In this document: positions 49,964 to 60,387 of the stretch, in pieces
How positions within the stretch are numbered: position 1 is the stretch's first letter
How the letters are laid out: every line of letters starts with the position of its first letter
Source of the DNA: an uncultured bacterium
GTDB taxonomy: Bacteria; Fidelibacterota; Marinisomatia; Marinisomatales; JACNKV01
DNA: 64,000 nt
Direction of reading: 5' to 3'
Assembly: GCA_964645915.1 (NCBI GenBank)
Contig: CAZYDH010000005.1
Location: forward strand, 26,294 to 90,293
Position numbers and translations under genes: made by a program
The notes under the pieces: model-generated
The model's database searches: none
What the model saw: only the letters and a program-made list of their open reading frames with translations
What the model was told of the DNA's origin: nothing

Positions 49964-50779
49964 TTATTCTATATTTAATTGTTTAAGTGTTTCTTTTGCC
50001 TTTTCATAATATTCACTGCCGGGGAAATAATCCACTAAGCGCTGATATTCTTCTTTTGCTTTATCCAAATTCCCCATACTCTGATGAGCTAATCCGAGTT
50101 TCAATTGAGCATCGTCATCTTTGTCTGTCCCGGGGAATGTAAATACTTTCTCAAATTCTTTAACTGCGCGTTTATAATTCTTTAATGAATAATAACATTC
50201 AGCAAGCCAATATTGACTATTGTCAGCTAATTCATTCAAAGGATTATTTACAACTAAATCCGTAAAACCTTTGATTGCCTCTTCATAACCACCATTTTGA
50301 TAAGCGCTTAAACTCTCAATATATTTCTTTTTATATTCAGCAGGGCTGATTTTCTGAGGATGTCCCGGTGATGAGGTTCCGGTTTTAAGACTATACATTT
50401 CTGTAAAACTACTTGTCAAAGTAATAATTTTATTCTCAATCATTACCAGTTGTGCTAAAATTTCAAAATTAGTACTGTCGATATAGGAAACATTATCTTC
50501 AAGCACATTAATCTTCTTTTGAAGTGTATTCATCCGATTGATCAACATAATAGCAACAGAGTCTGTTTGCTGTTTTGCTTTGACGGTAGCATGCAATGTG
50601 TTTCGAAGATCAGGAAGTAAAATACGTATTTCAGTTTCAAGAGAATCAATTCTCACTTTTTCTCTATTGATTTTAGCATTTAAACGTTTAATCTCTTTGG
50701 ATGTACTACTTTGTCCAATTATTAGAGTGCTAAGCACAACGAAGACTAAAATAGATTTAAAGATATGTGTAAGTTTCAT
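49964..50779 (-). CDS. cpoB: CpoB/YbgF-like periplasmic coiled-coil plus TPR protein
   Basis: Signal peptide, an N-terminal coiled-coil, and a C-terminal YQNGGYEEAIKGF...SQYWLAECYY...AQLKLGLAH TPR triplet. Confidence 0.7.
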   Translation of the reverse strand: MKLTHIFKSILVFVVLSTLIIGQSSTSKEIKRLNAKINREKVRIDSLETEIRILLPDLRNTLHATVKAKQQTDSVAIMLINRMNTLQKKINVLEDNVSYIDSTNFEILAQLVMIENKIITLTSSFTEMYSLKTGTSSPGHPQKISPAEYKKKYIESLSAYQNGGYEEAIKGFTDLVVNNPLNELADNSQYWLAECYYSLKNYKRAVKEFEKVFTFPGTDKDDDAQLKLGLAHQSMGNLDKAKEEYQRLVDYFPGSEYYEKAKETLKQLNIE

Positions 50780-50850
50780 AAATACCTTATTTGTGTTTAT
50801 TTATTGACTAGAATTTACCGATTCTCTGAGGGAACAGCAATACTTTAACA

Positions 50851-52074
50851 TTATAGATTTGATGCGCGACCTATATTTAGGGCCAAGCCCATCATCATAA
50901 ATGAAGATACAAGATATGACCCTCCTGCTGATATAAACGGTAATGGTAAACCTTTTACAGGAATTAACCCGACTGTCATTGCGGCATTAACAAAGATATG
51001 AGATAAAAACAACATTGAAATCCCAATTAGAACAAAAGAATAAAACCTGTCCTTACTTGAATATGCCATGTTCACTAGCTGCAAAATAAAATATGTGAAT
51101 CCAATGAAAATGGCAAGAATTGCGATAAATCCCAACTCTTCACCGATAACTGATAAAATAAAATCGGATTCCTGAACCGGTAAGAATTTTAAATGTGTCT
51201 GCGTTCCCTCTCCCCATCCTTTACCAAACAATCCACCGGACCCAATCGCTGTTTTACTTTGTATAATTTGATATGCAGCACCTAAAGGATCTAATTCAGG
51301 TTTAAATAAGGTCAACACTCTATTTTGTTGGTATTCTTTTAACCCATTCCATAATATCGGGAACAGCAATCCGAGAAATATATTTGTGAAAAACAGTATC
51401 ACTCCGTATATTAATTTCGGTTTTGCCAAAATAATCAACATTCCTAAGATTATTATCCAAATAGTAAAAGGGATGGTGTGAAAAGCTGAGAGAATACTGA
51501 ATAATGGTGCAATAAGGATAAACAGATGAAAGGGTCTGGTTCCTGCCCAATATAACATTGTAACTACCGGAACTAACATAATAATTGCAGAACCTAGATC
51601 TGGTTGTTTTAAAACAATTGCCGTAGGAATTAAAGTAATACAAAACGGAATGATAATCGATGAAATGTTTTTCATTTCCAAATTGTGATCAGACAAATAC
51701 CGTGCTAAAACTAACACAAGGGTTACTTTCGCAAATTCAGAAGGTTGAAAACCAATTCCACTTATAATTATCCACCGATATGTTCCTGCAATCTTTGGTC
51801 CCAAATATGGAATTAATACGCTTATTACAGCGATCCAATATAAAATGTAAGATTTATTATGAATGATATGCGGAGGGATTAAAATGACTAACCAAAATCC
51901 GATAGTTGCAGGTATTAGAAATATTAGTTGCCTAAAAAATGGTGATCTAATTAATTCGCCACCCTGATGAAGTGAAACGCTATAAAGAGCAATAAGACCA
52001 ATACCCGTTAGAAAAAAAGCAACCAATGGTATTTTTATATTTAACTGTGGTAAAGATGTATACTTTTCTATCAT
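50851..52074 (-). CDS. rodA: Rod-shape-determining SEDS protein RodA
   Basis: FtsW/RodA/SpoVE-family polytopic protein (QPSEFAK, PDLG, GLPLPFISAGGS), downstream of mrdA. Confidence 0.9.
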   Translation of the reverse strand: MIEKYTSLPQLNIKIPLVAFFLTGIGLIALYSVSLHQGGELIRSPFFRQLIFLIPATIGFWLVILIPPHIIHNKSYILYWIAVISVLIPYLGPKIAGTYRWIIISGIGFQPSEFAKVTLVLVLARYLSDHNLEMKNISSIIIPFCITLIPTAIVLKQPDLGSAIIMLVPVVTMLYWAGTRPFHLFILIAPLFSILSAFHTIPFTIWIIILGMLIILAKPKLIYGVILFFTNIFLGLLFPILWNGLKEYQQNRVLTLFKPELDPLGAAYQIIQSKTAIGSGGLFGKGWGEGTQTHLKFLPVQESDFILSVIGEELGFIAILAIFIGFTYFILQLVNMAYSSKDRFYSFVLIGISMLFLSHIFVNAAMTVGLIPVKGLPLPFISAGGSYLVSSFMMMGLALNIGRASNL

Positions 52075-52082
52075 TATTTCAT

Positions 52083-53864
52083 TTAACCAATTTTATCATG
52101 AGTAGTTAATATTGCTTGATCATTTTGAAAAATATATTTAAAAACCTGTTTAGCTATCGGAGCTGCAGTCTCTCCACCGTGTCCTCCATTCTCAATAAGG
52201 ACAACCACTGAGATAAGGTTACTGTTATTTTTTCCATAACCAATAAACCAAGCATGTGGTTCTCCGTGCGGATTTTCAGCTGTTCCGGTTTTACCAAAGA
52301 TTTTAACATTTGGTATTCTTGGGTCAGCTGCTTTTCCAGTGCCTTTCTTACCGGTAATAACTTCATGCATATATGATTCTATCTTATTCCATGTTGAAGA
52401 TTTAAAAGACGGTGTAATTTGGGAGGGTTGAATATCATTTTTTACCAAGTGTAATCGGGATGACTTACCTTTTGTAGCAATGGTATTTATATAACTTAAC
52501 ATTTGTAATGGAGTTACTAATATATCACCTTGCCCTATTACCATATTAAGCATACTTCCCTTAGACCACCCCCATCTTCCATATCTCTCATTCATATAGT
52601 CTTTTGTTGGATTTAAACCCTGTTTTTCATTGGATAAATCAATACCTGTTGCTATACCAAATCCAAACTCGGCACAGGTTTCAGACCATGCTGTAAGTGA
52701 TAGTTTTTGTATCACTTGATAAAAATAGATGTTGCATGATTGAGCAATAGCTTCTTTTAAATTGATTTCACCATGGCCATCTTCATTCCAGCATCCAAAA
52801 GTTCGGTCACCAAAAAAATATTCCCCGGTACAGTTCGTTGTCCAATAAGGATCGATCAATTTATCTTCTATTAATTTTAATGCAGTAACCATTTTTAATG
52901 TAGAACCCGGTGGATATTGTCCTGTTGTTATTCTGTCAACAAGAGGTCTATCAGGATTTCCCAATATTTCATTCCATGTTTCTGCAGTAACTGCTCCGGT
53001 AAATAAATCAGGTGGATGAGATGGAGAGCTTACATAAGAAATAATATCACCATTCAAAGGATTAGAAACAAGTGCAATTCCTCTATATTCTTCCATCAAT
53101 GATTCTAACAAATATTGAAGATTCATATCGATAGTTAACGTTAAATCCTCTCCTGGAATTGGATAGATAGTCTCATACTCATCAACTTTTCCTATTTCTC
53201 TACCGTATGCATCCACTTCTAAATATTTCACACCTCTTTTCCCTCGAAGAATGTTTTCATATTCTTTCTCGATTCCATGCCATCCTATTATATCGCCAAG
53301 TTCATAAAACTCTTTTTGAGAAATAGAATTGTATATATTAAGATTTACTTCATTAACATACCCTAAAAAATGTGTTCCTGATATTTGTGTCGGATAATAT
53401 CTTTCAGGAAATTGTGTAATTTGAAGTCCCTGTAATTCGAGTTTATGTTCTTCAATTAGACTAATCTGATGAAAAGTTAAATCTTTTGCTAAACGAGTTG
53501 GAGAGAAACGACTTCTATAATATTTTTTGTAATTCGTCTTCAATAAAATGGAATCTATACCTGTAATATCAGAAATCGACGAGAATAATTTCTTCTTATC
53601 TTTTATTTCATTTGGGATACATGAAAGGACATAAGTCGGTTTATTATCGACTAGAATGTTTCCATTTCTGTCTAAAATCAATCCTCTAGGTGCATTAATT
53701 TTAACTGCTTTAATTCGATTTGAGTCTGCTTTGGTCTTATATTCAGTCGCTTGATATATTTGTAATTGAAAAAATCTCGCAACTAAGATAAACATAGTTA
53801 GCGCAACCACCCATGTATAAACATAAAGACGTTGCTTAGGAACAGCGTTTTTAACTCTTAACAT
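52083..53864 (-). CDS. mrdA: Penicillin-binding protein 2 (elongasome transpeptidase)
   Basis: N-terminal TM segment and dimerisation domain. Motifs STLK (GSTLKMV), SCN and KTGTA. Confidence 0.9.
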   Translation of the reverse strand: MLRVKNAVPKQRLYVYTWVVALTMFILVARFFQLQIYQATEYKTKADSNRIKAVKINAPRGLILDRNGNILVDNKPTYVLSCIPNEIKDKKKLFSSISDITGIDSILLKTNYKKYYRSRFSPTRLAKDLTFHQISLIEEHKLELQGLQITQFPERYYPTQISGTHFLGYVNEVNLNIYNSISQKEFYELGDIIGWHGIEKEYENILRGKRGVKYLEVDAYGREIGKVDEYETIYPIPGEDLTLTIDMNLQYLLESLMEEYRGIALVSNPLNGDIISYVSSPSHPPDLFTGAVTAETWNEILGNPDRPLVDRITTGQYPPGSTLKMVTALKLIEDKLIDPYWTTNCTGEYFFGDRTFGCWNEDGHGEINLKEAIAQSCNIYFYQVIQKLSLTAWSETCAEFGFGIATGIDLSNEKQGLNPTKDYMNERYGRWGWSKGSMLNMVIGQGDILVTPLQMLSYINTIATKGKSSRLHLVKNDIQPSQITPSFKSSTWNKIESYMHEVITGKKGTGKAADPRIPNVKIFGKTGTAENPHGEPHAWFIGYGKNNSNLISVVVLIENGGHGGETAAPIAKQVFKYIFQNDQAILTTHDKIG

Positions 53865-53867
53865 TGC

Positions 53868-54341
53868 TTATTTTTGTCGAAGGGGATAGACAAATTGTAT
53901 TACCCAAATAATACATAATGTATACAAAGATAGGAGAATCCATTTTTGAATCCATAAAAATATATTGAGACTAAAAAGTAATTGATACTGGATATAGGCA
54001 AAAATAGCAAAATGTATTAAAGAGATTGTAATCCAAGTTATATGAAAATGTAATGGTAATAACCTCTCACTAACTTTTGATAAAAATCCTCCAAAATACG
54101 CTGTAATAACGTAAGTTAATGATGATAAACCAAAAGATGTTCCGGCGCTAATAATATCTGTAAATATTCCGAGAAGAAAGCCCAAAGTCATTCCAATAAA
54201 ACTTCCTCTCATAATGGAAATATACAAGATAAAAATATAAATAAAATCAGGACGAACTCCCCGAATGGACATCAATTCAGAAAAGATACTCTGAAATAAT
54301 AGTGTTAATAAACCGAAATATATTAAAGTAACTTTTTTCAT
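53868..54341 (-). CDS. mreD: Rod-shape-determining protein MreD
   Basis: 157-aa polytopic membrane protein between mreC and mrdA. The call is mainly by synteny. Confidence 0.7.
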   Translation of the reverse strand: MKKVTLIYFGLLTLLFQSIFSELMSIRGVRPDFIYIFILYISIMRGSFIGMTLGFLLGIFTDIISAGTSFGLSSLTYVITAYFGGFLSKVSERLLPLHFHITWITISLIHFAIFAYIQYQLLFSLNIFLWIQKWILLSLYTLCIIWVIQFVYPLRQK

Positions 54342-55129
54342 TTAACTTGTTCGGTGATCACAAATACATTAATTAAAGATGTTAAATCACTATAGCATTT
54401 CACAGTAACAATCTTTTGATAACTACCTCTTACATCTGTTGTCCCCACTACTTCTCCCACCGGAAGTTTGCTTGGAAATATATCACTAAATCCTGATGTT
54501 ACCACTTTATCACCTACATGAATATTTGCATTTTTCAATACTTCACTGATAATGCAATTATCACCCTCTACCCATTGTAGTATTCCTGTTGCACCACTTG
54601 GATAGATTCGAACACTTAATCTAAAGTTTGCATCATTAAGCATATGGACAATGGAACTATTTTCACTCGCAAGGTGAACTTTACCGACAATCCCTGAAGA
54701 TGTTATGACAGGGTTATTTTTCTGAATACCCGATGAAGTACCTACATCGATAGTCATCGACATCATTCCCGGAGTTATCCCCTTATTAATTACTTTTGCA
54801 GGAACTAACGTTAATTGACTTTCACGTTTAAAATTAAGTAAGTTTTCTAGGCGTTGATTTTCCTTTGCCAAATGAACCATTGATTCGATTTGCAAAGATA
54901 ATTGTAGGTTTTTCTCTCTTAATAAAGCGTTTTCTTCTTCGAGAAAAAGAGCATTATTTATCCAAGCGACGGGATAATAAACGAATGAAAATGTTCCGAT
55001 TATTTTTTCACGGACTAAGTCTATATTTTCATTTTTTTCTGTAAATAGTAAACTAAGTGATAAACTTAATAAAAGAACAAAAGCAATGTGATGCTTATAT
55101 TGTAGAATGGCGAGATGCAGATTCCTCAT
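54338..55129 (-). CDS. mreC: Rod-shape-determining protein MreC
   Basis: TM segment, coiled-coil (LREKNLQLSLQIE...ENQRLENLL), and beta domains (VITSSGIVGKV, VVTSGFSDIFPSKLPVGEV). Confidence 0.85.
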   Translation of the reverse strand: MRNLHLAILQYKHHIAFVLLLSLSLSLLFTEKNENIDLVREKIIGTFSFVYYPVAWINNALFLEEENALLREKNLQLSLQIESMVHLAKENQRLENLLNFKRESQLTLVPAKVINKGITPGMMSMTIDVGTSSGIQKNNPVITSSGIVGKVHLASENSSIVHMLNDANFRLSVRIYPSGATGILQWVEGDNCIISEVLKNANIHVGDKVVTSGFSDIFPSKLPVGEVVGTTDVRGSYQKIVTVKCYSDLTSLINVFVITEQVK

Positions 55130-55133
55130 GAGT

Positions 55134-56162
55134 CTACATCAACACAGCCTCGTATTTTTTCACATCCTCTAGGACTAAGCCAGTTCCTCGCACAACCGAT
55201 AATAGGGGTTCCTCAGATACATTTACCGGAACATGAGTTCTTTCCCGTATGACTTGATCCAATCCCTTCAATAAGCTTCCTCCTCCGGTCATAATTATTC
55301 CGCGATCTAATATATCAGCTGAAAGTTCAGGAGGGGTTTTTTCAAGGGCATGTTTAACCGCTTCAACAATTGCACCGACTGGATCTTTTAATGCTTGGCG
55401 GATTTCATCTGAGGATACTTCAATCGTTTTAGGAATTCCGGATACTAAATCCCTGCCTTTTACCGAAATAGTTTCAGTACTCATTCTCATTGCTGACCCT
55501 ACCGCCTTTTTAATGGCTTCGCTTGTAGGAGGGCCAATCTCCAACTTATGTTCATTTCTGAACCAATGAATGATCGCTTCATCCATTTCATCACCCGCAA
55601 TTCGAATAGCTTCTTTAGTCACCACACCATTTAGGGCGATAACCGCTATTTCGGTTGTTCCACCACCAATATCAACAATAATATTTCCAATCGGTTTGCT
55701 AATGTCCAATCCAATCCCAATTGCAGCTGCAACCGGTTCTTCAATTAAATGGACTTCTAACGCTCCGGCTCGTTCACCGGAATCTTTTACAGCTCTACGT
55801 TCAACTTCGGTAACACCTGAAGGAACGCAAATGACCATTTTTGGTCTTGCTAAGCGATTTAATTTAATTTTTCTGATGAATTGCTGCAGCATTTCATCGG
55901 TCATATTAAAATCTGCAATTACACCATCTTGTAAGGGGCGTATAGTCTCTAAATCTCTGTGAGTTTTACCGACCATAAATTTAGCTTCATTTCCGACTGC
56001 AACTACTTTTCCATCATGAACTGAACGAGCAACAACTGAAGGTTCATTAATAATAACGCCCTTCCCTTTTAGCCAAATAAGAGTATTTGCAGTTCCAAGA
56101 TCAATGGCAATATCACCTGAAATCCAATTAAATGTATCTAATACCGTTCTAAAAATTCCCAT
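55134..56162 (-). CDS. mreB: Actin-like rod-shape protein MreB
   Basis: DIAIDLGTANT, DIGGGTTEIAV, GIIMTGGGSLLKGLD. 342 aa. Confidence 0.95.
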   Translation of the reverse strand: MGIFRTVLDTFNWISGDIAIDLGTANTLIWLKGKGVIINEPSVVARSVHDGKVVAVGNEAKFMVGKTHRDLETIRPLQDGVIADFNMTDEMLQQFIRKIKLNRLARPKMVICVPSGVTEVERRAVKDSGERAGALEVHLIEEPVAAAIGIGLDISKPIGNIIVDIGGGTTEIAVIALNGVVTKEAIRIAGDEMDEAIIHWFRNEHKLEIGPPTSEAIKKAVGSAMRMSTETISVKGRDLVSGIPKTIEVSSDEIRQALKDPVGAIVEAVKHALEKTPPELSADILDRGIIMTGGGSLLKGLDQVIRERTHVPVNVSEEPLLSVVRGTGLVLEDVKKYEAVLM

Positions 56163-56279
56163 TTATTTTCTTGAAAGTTAAGTGTGAAAAAAGGTCATTA
56201 AATTTACTAAGAATCCATCATCAATTCACTATAGAATAATAACGTTTCATATTTTTTTATGATTAACGAATAATTTACT

Positions 56280-57344
56280 CTATTCTATTTCAATTCGAGA
56301 TTGATCACCGACCATAAATCGGTGCGTAGCAGGTTTTTTTGATGTTCGACAGATCTTTACATCATTTCCAAGCAAAGAGCCTTCAATCCTCTGTTGGATA
56401 AATTCTAAACTGCAATCATTCATTAAAATCGAAAATTCTAACTCACTTCCCATGATCTTGCAGCCATTTCCTATCGAAGTATACGGACCTAAATAACTAT
56501 TCTTTATTTCAGCATTCTCTCCAATAATAACTGGACCGCGAATAATCGAATTGCGAATAGTTGAACCTTTTCCTAAAACAATTCTTCCTGACAATTGGGA
56601 TTGTTCGTCCACGTTACCGTTATTCTCATTCTTTATTGAATCTAGAACTAATCTGTTTGCTTCTAATAGATCTGATGGTTTTCCTGTATCTTTCCACCAT
56701 CCGGTGATTTCAGAATAACTGATATCATAAATATTATCTAACAAAAATTGATGTGCATCAGAGATTTCCAATTCACCTCTTGCTGAAGGACGTATATTAT
56801 TTACAGCTTCAAAGATGGATGAATCGTAAACATAAATACCTGTAACTGCTAAATCACTTTTGGGTTGACTCGGCTTTTCCTCAATGCTTAAAATTCTATT
56901 TTTATCAATCTCAGCGACACCAAACCGATTAGGATCAGGAACTTTACTTAGGACTAAATGACAATTTGACTTATTTCGTTCAAAATCATCAATAAACTGC
57001 TTAATTCCACCTACGAGAATATTGTCTCCTAAATAGAACACAAAAGAATCATCCCCGATAAAATCCTGTGATATTTTAACAACATGCGCTAAACCTAAAG
57101 GAGCTTCCTGTTGAATATAAGTAATTTTTAATCCCATCTCCTTCCCGGTACCAAAAATATCTGAAATCGACGTATCTCCTGAGTTAATCACAATTCCTAT
57201 TTCTGAGATCCCTGCTTCTTTTGCATAATCCAACGCATATTGTAGCATGATCTTATTTGCAATCGGGATCAAATGTTTATTTTGTGTATGGGTTATGGGG
57301 CGTAATCTGGTTCCATGTCCACCGGCAGTAATTAATGCTTTCAT
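56280..57344 (-). CDS. Sugar-1-phosphate nucleotidylyltransferase, long form with a left-handed beta-helix C-domain (G1P thymidylyltransferase-like)
   Basis: MKALITAGGHGTRLRPITHTQNKHLIPI, and a C-terminal hexapeptide-repeat-like region. 354 aa. Confidence 0.8.
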   Translation of the reverse strand: MKALITAGGHGTRLRPITHTQNKHLIPIANKIMLQYALDYAKEAGISEIGIVINSGDTSISDIFGTGKEMGLKITYIQQEAPLGLAHVVKISQDFIGDDSFVFYLGDNILVGGIKQFIDDFERNKSNCHLVLSKVPDPNRFGVAEIDKNRILSIEEKPSQPKSDLAVTGIYVYDSSIFEAVNNIRPSARGELEISDAHQFLLDNIYDISYSEITGWWKDTGKPSDLLEANRLVLDSIKNENNGNVDEQSQLSGRIVLGKGSTIRNSIIRGPVIIGENAEIKNSYLGPYTSIGNGCKIMGSELEFSILMNDCSLEFIQQRIEGSLLGNDVKICRTSKKPATHRFMVGDQSRIEIE

Positions 57345-57916
57345 TTTTGTTTTCCTTTTAAGCGACCTTCTTTACTCAAAGCGTCTGCAACTGTATTTTG
57401 TTTTCGGGGAATATGTTGAATAGACCATGTTGTTAATTGATTTAATCCACTGAATACTTTTGAATATAAGGTCTGCATCCGTGGGTTCTTTACTTTATAC
57501 TCACCATTAATTTGTTTAACGACTAATTCGCTATCCGCAAATATTTTTATATCTTGTAGATTTAAGTGTTGAGCAAATTCGATCCCTTTCAACAACGCAG
57601 TATATTCCGCTTCATTATTTGTTGCATCATCTAAATATTCTGAAAAAGTAAATAACTCTTCCCCATTACGATAGAACACCCCTCCGATGCCGGCTGTTTT
57701 TGTGTGTAGATCCGCTGCACCATCCACATATAACTCTACATTTTCATTCGTGGTCATTCGTTCATAAAGTTTTGTTAATATCTCCTGTTGCACTGGATCA
57801 ATTTGGTTTCCTAAATCTTTTTCCAGTAAATGAATTAAGGCTCGTGTTTCTTTTTCGTCTAAACGAATCATAAAAATATATCCTAATTTTATTATTCTAA
57901 AATAACGAATTAACAT
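57341..57916 (-). CDS. RNase H (type 1)-like protein with an N-terminal extension
   Basis: YVDGAA...GIGG, NEAEYTALLKGIE, ADSELVVKQINGEYKVKN and RKQNTVADALSK. The start may be ATG 57868 (MIRLDEK). 4-nt overlap with the downstream gene. Confidence 0.75.
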   Translation of the reverse strand: MLIRYFRIIKLGYIFMIRLDEKETRALIHLLEKDLGNQIDPVQQEILTKLYERMTTNENVELYVDGAADLHTKTAGIGGVFYRNGEELFTFSEYLDDATNNEAEYTALLKGIEFAQHLNLQDIKIFADSELVVKQINGEYKVKNPRMQTLYSKVFSGLNQLTTWSIQHIPRKQNTVADALSKEGRLKGKQK

Positions 57917-58017
57917 GAATGTGTTAAAATACTATTATAATATAAGAATATATTTTTTGTTCCGACTATTTGTGATTAATTTTTGCTCAATTATTTTCCA
58001 ACCAACTCAATAAAACT

Positions 58018-59565
58018 ATGAAACGATCCACATATGGTATTTTAGCCTTTAGCACAATTTTAATAATTATGTACGCATTCGGATTATCTTCATTCGAATC
58101 AGTCTGGTCCTTTCCTTCTCAACGAGCCGTTCCTTTAATGGTAATTGTCTTGGTCGGAACTGGAATTTATACAACGGTGAAATTAGGGTTCCCACAAATT
58201 CGATATTTGGTTCATGGAATTAAAGTTACCCGAGGTATATATGATGATCCAAACGATGAAGGTGATTTAAACCACTTTCGCGCTTTGGCAACCGCACTTT
58301 CTGCCACCGTCGGTATTGGGAATATAGCTGGCGTAGCAACAGCAATATATTTTGGTGGACCGGGAGCTTTATTTTGGATGTGGATCACAGCATTTTTCGG
58401 AACAACATTAAAATACGCTGAAAGTACCTTATCTTTAAAATATCGTGAAATGGATCGTTTAGGTTACACAGCTGGTGGACCTATGTATACGATAGAAAAT
58501 GGATTAGGAAGACAATGGCGTTGGCTCGCAGTTGCTTTCGCAGCTTTCGCAGTAATTTGTTCATTTGCTACGGGTAATGCTATTCAATCTTTCACTGTCT
58601 CTGATCAAGTTTATTCAGAATTTCTTAAAATTCTTAATCCCGATAGTTTCCTGTTGGCAAAACATGTTATTTGGTCCGGCTTTGAATTATCTGTTCTTCA
58701 AGTGATTAATGGATTAGTATTAGCGACGATTGTTGCTTTGGTGATCATAGGTGGAATAAAAAGGATTGGTCATGTCACCGGTTTCTTAACACCGCTAATG
58801 GGGATTATTTATGTTACAGGTGCATCTTTAATTGTGATGGCATACTTACCTTCCGTTCCGAAAAGTTTTGGTCTTATCTTTCAAATGGCATTTAACCCTC
58901 CAGCGGAGATTGCTGGTGTCGGAGGCGGGACATTCCTAGTAATTATGAATACCATGTTATGGGGAGTAAAACGAGGTTTATATTCGAATGAAGCCGGTCA
59001 GGGATCAGCCGCAATCGCTCATTCAACTGCCAAAACTAAATATGCCGTTCGTGAAGGTTCTGTTGCAATGTTAGGACCATTTATTGATACAATAATTATT
59101 TGTACAATGACGGGTCTCGTAATCTTAGTAACAGATGCTTGGCATTTTACTGAATTTTATGTCAGTAGAGTGAATCCTGATTTTAGTGGAGAATTATTAA
59201 ATAGCAGTCGACTTACTGCTTTTGCATTTAAAGAAGGACTGTCATGGTTATTTGGTTATGGTGATAAAATCGTCACATTATCAGTTACATTATTTGCGAT
59301 CTCTACTGCTATAAGTTGGTCGTTTTATGGTGATAGATCCACTGAATATCTTTTCGGTGAAAAAGCCATTATCTATTATCGATGGATTTTTGTTTGTTTC
59401 GTTTTTATCGGTGGAATTGCAAGTTTAGAAGCAGTCTGGGCATTTGGCGACGCTGCACTTGGGTTTATGACATTTCCGAATTTATTATCGATAATTCTTC
59501 TCTCAACAGCACTGAAGAAAATGACAAAAGAATATTTCTCAATAGAGCATAAACCATACAAGTAA
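58018..59565 (+). CDS. Alanine/glycine:cation symporter (AGCS family)
   Basis: FRALATALSATVGIGNIAGVATAIYFGGPGALFWMW and SNEAGQGSAAIAHS are typical AGCS motifs. About 11 TM segments. Confidence 0.9.
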   Translation: MKRSTYGILAFSTILIIMYAFGLSSFESVWSFPSQRAVPLMVIVLVGTGIYTTVKLGFPQIRYLVHGIKVTRGIYDDPNDEGDLNHFRALATALSATVGIGNIAGVATAIYFGGPGALFWMWITAFFGTTLKYAESTLSLKYREMDRLGYTAGGPMYTIENGLGRQWRWLAVAFAAFAVICSFATGNAIQSFTVSDQVYSEFLKILNPDSFLLAKHVIWSGFELSVLQVINGLVLATIVALVIIGGIKRIGHVTGFLTPLMGIIYVTGASLIVMAYLPSVPKSFGLIFQMAFNPPAEIAGVGGGTFLVIMNTMLWGVKRGLYSNEAGQGSAAIAHSTAKTKYAVREGSVAMLGPFIDTIIICTMTGLVILVTDAWHFTEFYVSRVNPDFSGELLNSSRLTAFAFKEGLSWLFGYGDKIVTLSVTLFAISTAISWSFYGDRSTEYLFGEKAIIYYRWIFVCFVFIGGIASLEAVWAFGDAALGFMTFPNLLSIILLSTALKKMTKEYFSIEHKPYK

Positions 59566-59586
59566 GTCTATTCTGAGTTTCACTAG

Positions 59587-60387
59587 ATGAAATTACATCT
59601 TGCTAATATTGAAGATATTTATTCTGTAGCTACACATGCTGCCAGAACATCAGCTGCAATAATTCTGAGTGCTTTAGAGCTTCCTCGTTCTGTTGAACAT
59701 AAAGGGCGAACAGATCTGGTAACCCAAACAGATAAGCAATCTGAAAAGAATATCATTGCAATCATTCAAGCGTCATTTCCCGATCATGATATTCTTGCAG
59801 AGGAATCGGGTGTTACTACATATAACTCCAAATATTTATGGGTGATCGATCCATTAGATGGTACAACTAATTTTGTTCATGGGTATCCATCATTTGGCGT
59901 GTCTATCGCAGTGTTTTATCAAGATGAACCCATCGTGGCTGTAATTGCTGAACTACCTTCTAATCGATTATTTTCCGCGATAAAAGGAAAAGGTGCATTT
60001 TGCGATAATCAACCTATCAGTGTATCTAATAATAATGATTTAGAAAAATCTTTGTTAGTCACTGGATTTGGATATGAACACAGCGAACATTGGCAATCCA
60101 ATATGAGTTTATTTAAAACATTTACCGATATTACTCAAGGAGTTCGTCGATTAGGCGCAGCATCTATTGATTTATGTCACGTCGCTTTGGGAGTTGTAGA
60201 TGGATTCTGGGAATACGACCTTCATCCATGGGATACAGCCGCAGGAATCTTAATTGTTGAAGAAGCAGGTGGAAAGATCACACAGATGAATGGAAATAGT
60301 TATTCGATCTATGATGATTCTATCGTGGCTTCCAATGGTAAGTTACATAACAGCTTAGTTCGTACGATTTCTAACCATCTATCCTAA
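59587..60387 (+). CDS. Inositol monophosphatase family protein (SuhB-like)
   Basis: [16 protein letters not shown] and WDTAAG motifs. Confidence 0.9.
   Translation: MKLHLANIEDIYSVATHAARTSAAIILSALELPRSVEHKGRTDLVTQTDKQSEKNIIAIIQASFPDHDILAEESGVTTYNSKYLWVIDPLDGTTNFVHGYPSFGVSIAVFYQDEPIVAVIAELPSNRLFSAIKGKGAFCDNQPISVSNNNDLEKSLLVTGFGYEHSEHWQSNMSLFKTFTDITQGVRRLGAASIDLCHVALGVVDGFWEYDLHPWDTAAGILIVEEAGGKITQMNGNSYSIYDDSIVASNGKLHNSLVRTISNHLS

Noticed and set aside
57917-58017. A possible glycine riboswitch or other leader upstream of the alanine/glycine symporter
   Set aside because: The region is only ~100 nt and extremely AT-rich. It lacks GC-rich paired cores, and I could find no conserved riboswitch-like helices.
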